A stretch of DNA of 63,739 nt, the filler included, from Klebsormidium nitens (Eukaryota > Plantae > Klebsormidiophyceae), in assembly GCA_000708835.1 (NCBI GenBank). It is 5 parts of 5 records of this genome, joined end to end, with 100 filler letters (N's around TTAATTAATTAA, not from the genome) between each part and the next. Parts side by side here need not be neighbours in the genome. Positions count along the whole stretch, not along the records: positions 22,762 to 30,396 come from DF238299.1; positions 30,497 to 55,858 come from DF237607.1; 3 more parts are not named here. One strand, given 5' to 3'. The position numbers were made by a program, and so were the translations under genes. Below are positions 26,633 to 39,027 of the stretch, one piece after another (within the stretch, counting starts at the first letter, position 1; each line of letters starts with the position of its first letter). The notes under the pieces were generated by a model. The model saw only the letters and a list, made by a program, of their open reading frames with translations. It was not told where the DNA came from and searched no databases.

Positions 26633-29600
26633 ATGGCAAGAAGCCGGCCTTCTGGCAGGTCCAAGTCTGATCACAGGGTCTGCCAGGCTGCTCGCTTTGC
26701 ACGCGCTGCAGAGTACAGGGAGCGCATCTCAATTAGTGCAGAAAGGCAAGAGATTCTGATCGCNNNNNNNNNNNNNNNNNNNNNNNNNNNNNNNNNNNNN
26801 NNNNNNNNNNNNNNNNNNNNNNNNNNNNNNNNNNNNNNNNNNNNNNNNNNNNNNNNNNNNNNNNNNNNNNNNNNNNNNNNNNNNNNNNNNNNNNNNNNNN
26901 NNNNNNNNNNNNNNNNNNNNNNNNNNNNNNNNNNNNNNNNNNNNNNNNNNNNNNNNNNNNNNNNNNNNNNNNNNNNNNNNNNNNNNNNNNNNNNNNNNNN
27001 NNNNNNNNNNNNNNNNNNNNNNNNNNNNNNNNNNNNNNNNNNNNNNNNNNNATTCGAAGCATGAGGGGCAGCCTGCTCGAGAAGTTCCAGCACGCGGACG
27101 CTGCAGCGCTGCGGATCAGAAAGCAAAGCGGCAGAACGTGCGGGTGCTCAGAGAAGCTGTGAATTGCGCTGCGGAACGTGGTGAGTTTGCTTCTTCAAAA
27201 GCCAATTTTTGAGGTCAGTGGATTGCTGGCTGTGCAACCATACCACTGTTTCAGGAAAAGAGTGTTCTTGATTAGAACATTGGGTTGATGATCTTTCATC
27301 AACATCGACCAGCAGAATGGCTGGCCGTGCGCAGGAAAGGGTACCAGATTTTGACCAGTTATATCTTCATGTCAGAGATTTCAAAAGGATCATTTCCTGT
27401 ACAAAGCCAGGAGTTGTAGGCATGGCTGGGGGTGCCTTGAAACATGAGAAGGGCGCAAGAAGTTAAAGTAGGAAGTGTACCAAGAAATGGCCGATTATTT
27501 CTTTGGAATATCAATGGGTTATTTCCTGGTTTAGTGCCAGAAGTTGATGGCATGGCAGGAAAGTAAACCAAGTGCTGGCCGATTCTTTCCTTGGTATCAA
27601 TAGGTCACTTCTTGGTAGAATGCCTGAAGTTGATGGCATGGCCGGTCTTTGTGTCAGGTGTGATCGGCCCTGATTCCCTTTGCCTTTGTCTCTTTTCCAG
27701 ACCCACATGCTATCTTTTGCCATGAGTGCGATTCGACAGCAGAGTGGGGGCTCCGGGGAAGCAAGACTGGAGGGAACATCGGGTACTACTGCGAGCTGCA
27801 CGGCCCAACACAGGGTTGTTTCCATATTGACAGGGACCGAGCAGGTAAGAAAAGACGCACACACCCCGCTTGTGGGCAAGAGGAGGCAAGATTGACCTTG
27901 GATCACGCAGGACTTGGCATGGCTGCAGCTGCTGCAGCTCTGGACCGAACGTGCCCTTTTCTCATTGCAGCATGGGTTCAGGCTCGCGAGGAGATGCTGC
28001 GGAAGGCGAACTCTGCCTGTCATCAATGCGAGCAGGAGAAGAAATTGTTGGGATCATCTGACCCTCCTTGGTCATGGGTAGGGTCAGCAGGTGAGTACCA
28101 AGCCAGAGGTCCAATCACTACTTTGCATGCCCCGAGCTACAAACCAGGTGTCAGGTGTCACGCAACGAGACGAAGAATTGAGAGTTCTTTTGCTGGTGAC
28201 GTTGGGCTCAGGTGGCTATGTTTTGTTCATCTGGAGGGGTTCCTAAGCGGCATACCGAAAGCTGCGTACTAAAGAAGAAGCGTTCGATGGTACATCTTTC
28301 GCGATTTGGCCAACTTTGCAGCTCTTCAAGACCATGTACTATGATGAGGTTTAAAATTATAGTCTTTAGAATTTGGATTGGCGTTTTCTGATATACCAGT
28401 TGGTTGTTCTCTTGGATACAGTTCAAGGCAGCAAGGTCTCTGTCATGCCTCTGATTCGCTTTGCTTTCTTTGGCTGTGCATTTAACACAAATCATGAGCA
28501 ATCCCAATCCAACTTTCCGCTCTTTTCTCTTGCAGCTTGGAACGATTCTGAAAAAAAGGGGGTTTGGGCTTCCATGCCCATGAGCCAGTTGCTGATAGGT
28601 AAGGCACTTGGATAGCAACTCTGGATCTGCAGTCTCTCAGGAAGCAGCAGGGCTTCATCTGAACATGCAAACACGTGAAGAGCTCTTGGGCTTGTCCCAA
28701 TACCACCTATCTGTCGACTTGTGTTTGGAATCTGCTGATTGCTATTTGGATGAAGCCAGCAGGTCGCATATGCAGCATCTGACCGTGGCATCCTTTCGTG
28801 CAGCCACTCTTTTAAACATTGGCGGTGTTGAACCAAACCCTGGACCTTCTCCCGAGGAGGTGAGCCTTGAGAAGGGGATGTCCCGCCAACAGTTCAGGGC
28901 AAGACCAGCATGAATTGTACTCCAGCATTACAGAGCAACTTCTCTTTGTGTTCATCCTACCAGTACAGCGGCGTGTACGTTGTTGTGCTAATCTTTCAAT
29001 GTTCCCCCCCCACAGATTGAACAAGAGTGGCAGAGAGCTTATCCAGATATCGACACCATGCTGCTGAGTTACCTGGCACAGAAGAAGGTTGCCCTGGCAA
29101 AATGGAGAGAGTCCACAGCTGAGCAGCGCTCGACTCTTCTGGACATGTGGGCACACCGGTACATAGGGGAGTGGTTGGGGGCCTGGGATATGTTCCTCAT
29201 AGGGATTCCGGGTAAGCAGCTCCCTCTTTGATCGAGTAGGCTAGCTTTGACGTAATTTGTTAGAGACCAGGATTTGAGATTGGGATAAGGGTCAAGCATT
29301 CTAGTACTGCTAAATGGCATGTCTTGGTATGTCCTGTGGGAGACGTTATCGCTGGGGCCTCCGTCAAGAGCAAGCGAGGTCAATGACCTGGCAGCAGAAG
29401 CGGAAAGTCTCGTTTGCATGATTTCTCTCGGTCTGCACTCTGGGTTGTTTGAAGGGAAGGTGAGTCAAAACAAGTGGTTTCTCAGTCAGAGAACACCCCA
29501 CAAAAGTCAGACTTGTGCAACATTTGATCGTGCATGCCTGCGATTGGGCAGGGTGCCGGAGCTCTCTGGTTTATGGTAGACGCCGTGGCTACCACCAACC

Positions 29601-30345
29601 CTTCAGTGTGACGGAGCTTGTTTGGAGTATGTCCCTCTGTTTCCCTGGTCCGTTTCATGTGTCAGGCCGGAATCATATCACATTCTTGCTGAGATGGGTG
29701 GCCTGCTGTGGAAGTTGCCTGGTCGCAGCATCAAAGGCAGCCTCTGCTTGGGACAAGACAATGCTCAACAAACCTCTTTATAGTTTCAATTGTTTGCAAG
29801 AGTAAGCACGCTGAAGGTCTTGTCAGGTTGGATAAAAATGTTCAGCGCTGTCAATTCAATTGCCTTTGCAAGCTTGATGTTTGCCAGCATCTTTTGGGGT
29901 TTCTGCACATGCAAGCATAAGTGCTTGCTTGCCGGCGATTTAACAGAGTAGTGGAACACCGCTGATTGCAATATGTAATCAGGAGAGTCTGTCAGCATGG
30001 GCCGCGGAGGCTTCAGAAAGTTTACACATCTTTGAGGATATCATTGCTGCTGACTACCGAAGCCCGCTTCTGTTGTCCTTGAGCATACCAGAAGGGAGCG
30101 GCTGGTGTGCCCTGAGGAACTTGGGTCTGGGTTGCTGCCTGCCGCTCCTCTTCGATGGTCTGGTTTGCTCGTAGACTCTGCCAAATCGCGGTGCGGCGTG
30201 GGGGACGCTGGCTGCCACAGAAGTGAAGACGCATCCGCTAATTCCCTCTCTCTATGTCCCAGCTGCTGCACGATGGGGAGGGGCCGAGAGCGCAGGCCCT
30301 TCAGGGGACGTGGCAATGCCGGATGTTGACTACAGGAGATGTGAG
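26633..30345 (+). CDS. Hypothetical multi-exon gene carrying a 2A-like motif (probable exons ~27750-27844, 27911-28077, ~28633-28859, 29016-~29157, ~29330-29459, ~30218-30340)
   Basis: Coding-like segments bounded by canonical donors and acceptors; several adjacent phases match. No family recognised. Confidence 0.35.
27480..27642. repeat. Imperfect ~87-bp tandem duplication
   Basis: TGGCCGATT at 27488 and 27576; GAAGTTGATGGCATGG at 27540 and 27626. Confidence 0.75.
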
Positions 30346-31033
30346 TGCCTTGCCTGGGGCGTCAGTCTTGGACATGCATGGCTGGTGTGTGTGGTTNNNN
30401 NNNNNNNNNNNNNNNNNNNNNNNNNNNNNNNNNNNNNNNNTTAATTAATTAANNNNNNNNNNNNNNNNNNNNNNNNNNNNNNNNNNNNNNNNNNNNAATC
30501 GGCTCCAACATCTTTTGGATCTCGCCAGGGACGCGCTGTGTGTATGACACGAGTGGCGGCGCAAAGACCGTCCCTTGCCGGGAGCGTGGGTTTGGAGACA
30601 TAATGAGACAACAATGGTGCAAAGGAACATCTTCTTAAGCAGAGGCAATTATGTCACCCAATCATGGTTTTTTCCGCGATGATGCCCCGTGCATTGTGTT
30701 ATCGCACAATTCTTAGTGTTTCGATTTGACTTGGATCCATGTATAGTACATACATGTTGTTACCATGAACCGCCTACAGTCCCAGCACAAGCCAATTGGC
30801 ACAGTGGCTTGTTTACTCTCTCGATGGCTTTGCTGCTCAGAATGTTCTTACTGAGCAGCAAAGCCAAAGGCTGCAACAAATCATTTATGCGCACTTGTTG
30901 GAAAGACAACAATCATAGGTTGGAAAAACAACATGCAATTGAGAGTTGTGGCCAGAAACGCATTACAATCAAGCCCAGAGAGTGGTTGTGCGCAACCTTC
31001 TAGACACCAACATTAGACACTGCCACATCAAAG

Positions 31034-34000
31034 CTACTTAAACGCGAGCTTCCGCTTGGTTGGCTGCTGCTTGTGCCCGAACCTTGACACGTCGCTGTGC
31101 TGCTGCACATACCTCATCCGAGCGACAAAGCTCGTCCCACTAACCCCTGCCATGGGAGCTGCAAACCCGATATCTGCAAAGTATCCTGCTTCAACAATGT
31201 TCTGCCTTTCCTCCTGAGTGAACGAGCTCCTCAAGCATACAAACTTCTTCGTCTCCATCTCCAACACTACCCGCAACTCGAGGAATTTGTTGTGCAGGGC
31301 GAAGGGGATCTGGTAACCTTTGGGGCCGCTGGAAGTGACGAACGTGGCGTGCCGGACAGGTCTGTTCCGGGTGATGGACGCTGACAGTTTAAGGAGCCCC
31401 CCGATGTGGACGCGAAATTTCGCCAGCTCTGGCTCAGCGGCGTGGTTTTCGAGGGCTTTGAGCAGTTGGGGCCCCTTCGCCCCAAGTTCCTCAAGGACCA
31501 AGTCGAGGTCCACCGTATAGGGGGGATCGGTGCACATGGTGAAGGGCCGGGCGTCTGGGAACTCCTGCTCGAAAAACTCCTTGAGTGTCAGATCCTGCTG
31601 CTGCAACCAGGGCGCCAGTGGCCGATCGCCCACATCCACTTTCACCGGTTCCTCGGCCTCCTCCCCCTCGTCGCTCGAGGCGCTCCCGTCTCTTTCGTCC
31701 TCCACCGGCGGCCCTCCACCAACAGCTCGGGCTTCCGGGAGGACAGGGCTCGTGACCGGGTCTCGGAAGTACTTCACCCTGTCCCTCCATGTGTGCTTCT
31801 TCGTACTCTTCAGGAGGGTGTAGTTTTGGGGAGGGTCGACGAAAGTGCCGTCAGCCTTGCGGGGGAGGGGGACGCGAAGAGGTGTTGCCCTCGTCGTGAC
31901 CGTGGTCTGCAAGTGGATAGCATTGGGTGAGTTGTGTATTTCACCAGCCCGAAATAGTAGCTGTTGCCACAACTATCCATGCATCGGCCCTGGAATGCAA
32001 GGGTTCAGTTGCATTCTACTGACCTCGTCGAGCCTCGTAAAGGCTGGAGTCTGGAGATAGTTGGGCTGGCGTTCGTAGTCCTCCGTCCACTGCTTCCCCA
32101 GCTTGTAAGCATTGATCATCTCCCAGAGCTCGGGGCTGCACAACACGGGGATGCGCCTCCTATCCGGCCAATGGCCGCAGGCTCGAGAGAGGATCTGAAT
32201 AGCCCTGTTGAGATCAATCTGAGTGCTCGAGCACAGTGTCTCGTGAGGCGAGAGCTGCACCATGATCGCGGTTGGGTGAGTGACGTCACCTGCACAATAA
32301 ACACAGAGAGTGAGCTTGGGTAGATCTGTGCAACAGTCTTATCGAACGTTGGAAATCAACACGATGACACGATGACCCAGTAGTCGCACACTCTGTTGAC
32401 TTCCTCACCGTTGTCATCCCTGGCGACATAGCTGTTGACCCGATCCACGTGGTTGACTGAACACTCGATAGCCATGTGTGTGTCGAACGTCAGCAGCATC
32501 TTGATCAGGTCCTCTGGCAACACCCGTCCCAGCTCCATGTGGCCATCCGCCCCGGGTTTTTCGTAGAGCGCATTCCCCGCATGGTATGTGCCGGCTGCTA
32601 ACCGAACCCCAAGGACGCCCTCAACCCACGTTTTCCTGGAGGAGACAAGTGACAAGCTTGTGAAGGGTTGACACCTCTCGTATGCCATGGGAAGCCACAT
32701 CGTGTTAGATGGGATGGCCATTTTGACAATCTCTTTCAGACACCAATGGAGCGTTCGCACCTGATGTGACTCCTTGTCACAATGTTCTCCTCGCCCAGGG
32801 AGTGTTCTTTGATGCTCGTGCTGACGAAGCTGAGGTACAGCGCCTTCCCCGCGCCTCCTTCGCCCAACTTCAGTGCAGCCAGGAACCGTTTCTCATCGTC
32901 GTTCAGGGGGCCATTCAGGTCCTTCTTGCGAATCGGGGTTGTCAAGGTGATGACCCCAGCATCGTCGCTGAGACGCTCGAGTTGCTCGAGGCCCCGGTAC
33001 AAGCTGCCCGCTCGAGCTATGACCACGTTGTCAACGGGGACGTCTTTCTTCTCAGAACGCATGCAGCGCAGCGGTGTAGCAGTGATGGAGACGCTGAGGA
33101 TGGGGGCAGGGTGAAGGCTGGTCACGAACTCTTGGGCAGCCTCGCTGGTGTAGCTGGTTTGCCCCGCGTCGAGCTGAGCATCAGCTTCGTCGGTCAGAAG
33201 GATGTACCTGCATGATTGCGACCAGTCTTTTTGGGGTGCTTGACAGGAGATCCTTTTCTAACCATGTTGCAGCAAGGGAAACCTAGAGTGGAGCACAGGA
33301 TTTGGGTTTGACTGTCCACAAGCGGCTTCAGGTGAGTCATAACCAAGGCTTTTACTCTATGCTGAGTCTCACAATCAAAGGACTCACCTCCTGTTGGCCT
33401 TGGATATGACTCTCTTCAGGGCTGTCACCTGTGACCCGTTGAGGAGTGCCCCAATCATCCCGAAGCCCTTTATCGTGTTGACCAAGGACAGGTCATCGAC
33501 TGCTCTTGACCCTCCCGAGTCGACGACAGACCGAACGAGCGCGACCCCATGGTAGAGCTCCTCAACAGCCCCATAATGCACACACTGCCGCAGCCTGTAT
33601 CGCAGCTGCTTCTCCACAAAGTCCTTGGACTGGTTGAGAGTGCGGTAGAGTCCAACGACTGTCGCAACCTTACAGGTGCCTGCTATGTAGGTGATCTCCC
33701 CTGTCAGGAGGGATTTCCCTATTTGGCAAGCGGCTGTCAGGATCGCTTCTACTGTGTCCAAGGACGTCTTGCAGAGGCAGGCATCGAAGAACTTCCAGTA
33801 GTCGGCAGCTTGCAGGTAGACGATGTCGTGGAACTCCTGGAACCTGCAAATGTCAGGCAGATGATTAGGAGTTTGTTCACTAACCTTCAACATTGAGGGG
33901 CAGCACAAGCCTTGCATGTTTGCATGGGTGGATGGAGCTGCTAAGCATTACATTTGCTGTTAGAGCTTCAGATGTGAGATGATGACCAACCTGAATATGC

Positions 34001-34828
34001 CGCTGATGTCTTTCCAGCGTCCACTGGGGTCATAGCTCCGGAGCCCTTCCTGTACCTCATACGAGAGCCCAAACCAGCCTGAGCCGACCATGATGGCTGG
34101 CATGCTCCACAACACACCCTGTCCGCCAAAGTCGGTTGCCATTGCTTCCAAGAACGGAAGCTGATGAGCGTCAGGGCCCATGAGTGCTGAAGCTCTCTCC
34201 TCGACATATGGAAGAGGTAGGGACAGGAAGAAGCACTGGATGCCAAGAACACACTCCTCAATGATCCTGTCCGACCAGCCATCACTCTTGAGCTGCTCGC
34301 CAAGCCAGTGGCACAGCGCAGCCTCAGAAGACCTGAGGTCTCGGTCATGCTGGACGAACGGCTTCCCGCACCTGCACGGAGGGCGCTGGCTTGCTCAGGC
34401 ATTTGAGCTTTGCACTTCATGGCAAGAGGTTTAAAAAGGGTGATTGAAAGTCAACAGAAGATCAATGAGGATCATCTGCAGGCGCTGGTAGCGTTTCTGA
34501 TGTCAATAACCGTTACCGCTACCGTTACCGCTACCGTTACCACTAGCGAGATCTACCATTACCGGTCAGATTCCGAGTTAAGCGGCCTAATCATGTTGCT
34601 TACGTCAAACAGACGCAAGCATTTGCCATGAGGTACGGACCAAATCATATGGTAGGGATCCTATTACCTGACAGTGGTCTGGTTCTTGATCAGCACAACT
34701 TCACAGTCGGGGGCAATGCCAATCTTCCAGTTCTTGTTGTCCCAGACTATCTCGTCCCACTCATGCCCTCTGACTTGATGGAGCTTGAGAACCCAGCCAT
34801 ACTCCTTGTCTTGGAACCTCAAAGTCAT
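31034..34828 (-). CDS. SF2 helicase (Z1/Res-like) fused to a putative beta-class DNA methyltransferase domain, ~936 aa. Exons 34668-34828, 33991-34371, 33388-33843, 32761-33207, 32409-32635, 32024-32289, 31034-31906
   Basis: Walker A-like AACQIGKS (33711-33734), DEAD (33180-33191), ITATP (33072-33086), motif VI-like IQILSRACGH. C-terminal DPPY (31517-31528) is followed by APMAGVSGTS. Six GT-AG introns give a continuous frame of 2811 nt. Confidence 0.7.
34509..34543. repeat. Hexanucleotide microsatellite ACCG(T/C)T in an intron of the helicase gene
   Basis: ACCGTTACCGCTACCGTTACCGCTACCGTTACCAC. Confidence 0.8.
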
Positions 34829-35227
34829 TCACATCCAGACTCCTCCGGAGGCTCTCGTGTTGACTGGCATTCCCGCCAGCGAGCGTCTTGAATACTGTGT
34901 CCACGATGTATTTGGCTTTCAGTTTCAGCAAGGCAAGCCGGAGTTCATGCGTAGGCACCTGTGCTTGAGAGCCGCTGCCCGAAGCCCCGTCATCGACAAC
35001 CAGCGATCCAAAGCTCCGCGAAGAAGCCATTTCGGGTATTCCACGGGCGTCTGCTGGAAGAGTGAGTCAGCGGGGGCTACCCATGCCTCCTTTGTGAGAT
35101 CAATGTAGGCCATGCGTCTATGGATAATGCCTGTGTGATGCAAGTTGCCCCCATTCTCGACGGATCCGGGAGGATAAGGCCCAATCTGCCGTTGATGTGT
35201 TATGCTTTGTCGGATCTTTTGTGACGG

Positions 35228-36351
35228 GTGACTGGCACAACCAAGTACTTCCAAGACAAGAAGGGAGAGAAGCTCACCAAGTCGCGAGCAATTGAAGACA
35301 TGGGACAGACCGCGTCCCTTGAGGCAACGGTCGCTCATGCTGAAACCTTTCTTGCTCAGGTCCAAGAGTTGAAAAAGGAACGAGATGCTGCGCAGGCGCG
35401 GTGCCAAGGTGCTGAAGACGAACTTGCTGCTGAGCAACAAAAGTTGGTGGTGCTGAACAGCATCAGCGTAGCCCGGAAGAGGAAAGCTCGTGAGGAGAAA
35501 AGTGACTTTGAGGCAAAGATTGCTCGGCTGGAGGAGGAACTACTTGCTAAGAACATCAGGATACAGGAGTTGACCAAGACAACAAGCCCCAACGTGAATG
35601 TTGGGCCACGTGTTGACAAACATGTGACATTTCAGGTGGATTCAGGACCTGAGGACTCTGATGATGACAGGCCCTTATGCATCAGACGGGCTCGTCAGGT
35701 AAGGGAACACGATGAGCATTCGTGATCCTTCCTTGAGTGCTAAGCTTACATGTGAAGGCCAGCAGATGAGTGATCTTCCACGTTTGTGAATTCTCACCTG
35801 TTGTTGCATGTTGCAGGGAAGCGAACGTGGCAAGGAGATAACCTGGATACCGGACTGCGACAAAACAGGGGACTTTCAAGTGAAGGGGCTGGAGGCGGGC
35901 GCTACAACAGTTGTCACTCCCTTGATGAGTCATGTGAAGGTGCGGTCACATCTCATGACCATCCCTTCTTGCACGCTGCTAAAAGTGGGGAGTATGCAGA
36001 CTACGCAGTATCATGACGGACAGGTTCAAACCTTGACATATGTGTGTACAGGAGGTTGAGGCGCTCTCGCCCCTGGAACGACTGGTGGCAGCAAAGTGCT
36101 ACCTGATGAAGGTCCTACGGCTGAGGTGTACAAGCTGTGAAGAGCAGATTGATTTTGCCATGGAAGGGTCCAACGTAGTGCTCCCGTGTATGTGCCGTTC
36201 CACCAAGGCTCAACCGGTCTACCTTGGCGTGTTCTTCAGAGGGGATAGGTACAAGCTTGTTCTTACCAGTGTAGCGAAGCAGCGGAGTATCTCTGACTTT
36301 GTTAGCAAGGCCCTTGCCAAGATTGTTCAGAATCACTCAGCAGAGCTTTGA
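35228..36351 (+). CDS. Hypothetical coiled-coil protein, probably spliced
   Basis: Heptad-like stretch QVQELKKERDAAQARC..KIARLEEELLAKN; donor near 35698; Cys-containing last ORF 36040-36351. Confidence 0.4.
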
Positions 36352-36501
36352 CATGTGTATCAGGTCCGTACATGTAAGATGGGGGGGCCACTCCAGAGAG
36401 GTTGGAGAGGAGGGAGGGGTGGTAGACGGGTCAAATGGAGCAGAAGGGGTGTACCTTACTTCGACAAACAATAATAAAATCTGTTTAGATGCTATCCGAG
36501 G

Positions 36502-37371
36502 ATGCCTAACCTCCCTGCTCCAATACGTGTGTGGCCAAACAGGGATGATCCACATTGGTTGCCATGGACACCAGCGACGTATGATCGTTATTTGACTCAA
36601 AGCTGGTATACGTCACACAACCTTTCAAAACTGATGTTATGCGTGGCTGCTCAAGACATCCAAAGTACTGGGAGTCGCATCCAAGATTGGACCATGTGGG
36701 ATCCAGCCGCTGGCAGCGGACGCTTGTATGCCCAATTCCCAAGCAAGGACCGCTATGCCTCTGATTTGAGAGGAACCAACTTCGAATTCATGCCAGACTC
36801 ACACTTCTTTTCAGGAGGGGACTTCCTCGAACATGTCATTCCAACTCTGACCAAGCGCAAGCAAATCTACATGATTGCAAATCCTCCCTATGGAGATCTC
36901 ACGCATCAGTTCATAAACAGAGCATTTGATGGCACATATCCAATCAAACGCGCATTGTTTCTGGTAAGTGCTCAATCGAAACTTCCCCGTTATTTAAGCA
37001 TGATTGACTATTCCCGGTGTGTGCTCGTTCAGCGGAGCAAGACGTTCAAGGCAGACTTTGAAATCATGCTTGAACCCCGTCAAGGAGGGCCACCGATATA
37101 CCGTACACAAAGGTACCCTGTGCAATTACTGATGTTCTACTCTATTGAAGAGTTTGAGAACGTACTGAAAACGGCTGCCAAAGGGCACCTATGCACGCCT
37201 ATCATACAAAAGGGCCCATGTAACGGTGGAGCTTCGTTCACAGATGCTGTTCGACTCGATCCAGCAACACCACTGTGCAAAGGGCGAGCAAGAAACTCTT
37301 CAGCCAACCAGAGCAATTCCGCTTCCCCCCGATATGCTACTCGCTCCCGGAAACGTTTGCGGGTGAAATAG
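36502..37371 (+). CDS. N6-adenine DNA methyltransferase (gamma-class motif order), intronless
   Basis: QSWYT (motif X), WDPAAGSG (motif I), DFL, IANPPYG (motif IV). Confidence 0.85.
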   Translation: MPNLPAPIRVWPNRDDPHWLPWTPATYDRYLTQSWYTSHNLSKLMLCVAAQDIQSTGSRIQDWTMWDPAAGSGRLYAQFPSKDRYASDLRGTNFEFMPDSHFFSGGDFLEHVIPTLTKRKQIYMIANPPYGDLTHQFINRAFDGTYPIKRALFLVSAQSKLPRYLSMIDYSRCVLVQRSKTFKADFEIMLEPRQGGPPIYRTQRYPVQLLMFYSIEEFENVLKTAAKGHLCTPIIQKGPCNGGASFTDAVRLDPATPLCKGRARNSSANQSNSASPRYATRSRKRLRVK

Positions 37372-37420
37372 TGGTTGCGGTCGCGTTCCTTGGGCGGTCT
37401 TTTTGGCAGCCCAATGTAAA

Positions 37421-39005
37421 ATGCTAACTGTAAGCGCCCCATGCCTCATTTTAATTCTTGTCTTGTTCGCGTCCCCTCTTGTGATGTGTGACGTCTATTC
37501 GGATGCTCTCTCCAAAGGCCTCCTCTTCTTCGAGGCTCAACGGAGTGGTAAGCTACCGGCAGATAACAGGATCCCCTGGCGTGGTGACTCCTGCCTGTCT
37601 GACGGCTCGGATGTGGGCCTCGATCTGTCAAGAGCCTACTTTGATTCGGGCGACCACGTGGTCTTTGGCCTACCACTGTCTTTCACGTTAAGCATGATGG
37701 CCTTTGGCTTGGTCGAGTATGGGGACCTTTATGGGACCGAGCAGGACCGGGCAGTTGCGGCCCTCAAGTGGGGCACCGATTGGCTCTTGAGAGCACACCA
37801 TTCCGAGAACGAGCTCTACGTTCAGGTTGGGGACGGGGAAAAGGATCACGCGTGCTGGACGAGACCCGAGGACCTCGACATGGAGAGGTCTACCGAGCTT
37901 CAAGGTAGATTCGAACAAGCCCGGCTCTGAAGTGGCGGCAGAGGCAGCGGCTGCGCTCGCTGCAGCATCGATCGTGTTCAGGGAGCGGGATTCTGCTTAC
38001 CATGATGTCCTCATCTTTCATGCGACCCAGCTCTTCCACTTTGCCGATAAATACCGGGGGAGTTATAGCAACTCTGTCCCGGCTGCAGCAGCATTTTACA
38101 AATCGTACTCGGGGTATGGTGATGAGTTGCTGTGGGCTGCTGCGTGGCTTCACAGGGCCACGTCGGACCCAACCTACATTGCCTACATGACTGGGCCCAA
38201 TTCGAACGATGGCCCCTTGAATTGGAAGGGAACGGCGTCCGAGATCTCTTGGGACGACAAGAGGGCAGCCGCGCAGCTCTTAGCGGCTCGGCTCGTCCTC
38301 CTCGGTCAGCAGCCTTCAGGGACGGCTCTAGATCATTACAAGAAGGCCCTCGACGGCTTTGTGTGCTCGTACGTGACAGGGAATACACCAGAGACTGCTG
38401 CGGGGCTGCCATGGATCCGAGAGTGGCTGCCTTTGCAATATGTGACCACGAGCGCCTTTGTGATAGCGGTTTACGGTGACCTTTTGCGGCAAGCAAATGC
38501 ATCGCTCACATGTTCGGGCAGCACGTACACGAGCGACATGCTGCTTGCGTATAGCAAGAAGCAGGCGGACTACATCCTTGGCGCGAATCCGCGGGGCATC
38601 TCATATATGGTCGGCTTGGGGGAGTCGTTTCCTCAGAGGGTGCATCATCGTGCAGCATCGATACCAAAGGACGGGGTTCATTACAAATGTGGCGAAGGCT
38701 TCAAGTTCTTCCAGACTTCGGATCCCAACCCAAACGTGCTGGAGGGCGCAATCGTGGGCGGCCCCGACCAGGCCGACAACTTTCAAGACGCGAGGACAAA
38801 CTTTAAGCAGTCTGAGGCTAGCACATACACTAATGCTCCATTCTTGGGGCTTGTGGCCCGTCTGAGCAGCTCGAGAGCTCTGCCTTTGGCAACTCCAGTG
38901 CCTACTTCAGCGGGGCAACCGGCCCCGGCAGCTACTCCAGCTGCCACAACCCCTGATGTGGCACCGGGACCTGTCGCTTGTGATTGTGACTGTGAGGGAT
39001 TTTAG
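37421..39005 (+). pseudogene. Plant-type GH9 endo-1,4-beta-glucanase with signal peptide, intronless; frameshift at ~37889-37892
   Basis: YSDALSKGLLFFEAQRSGKLP, YFDSGDHVVFGLP, DHACWTRPED, PGSEVAAE, YGDELLWAAAWL, RVHHRAAS, FKQSEASTYTNAP. Confidence 0.9.
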
Positions 39006-39027
39006 TTGGGTCATCACTTGGAAGGAG

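Noticed and set aside
26633-27126. Long poly-X ORFs spanning gaps (also 40218-41627, 48866-49552, 53939-54901)
   Set aside because: Their length comes from Ns; only the sequenced ends were interpreted.
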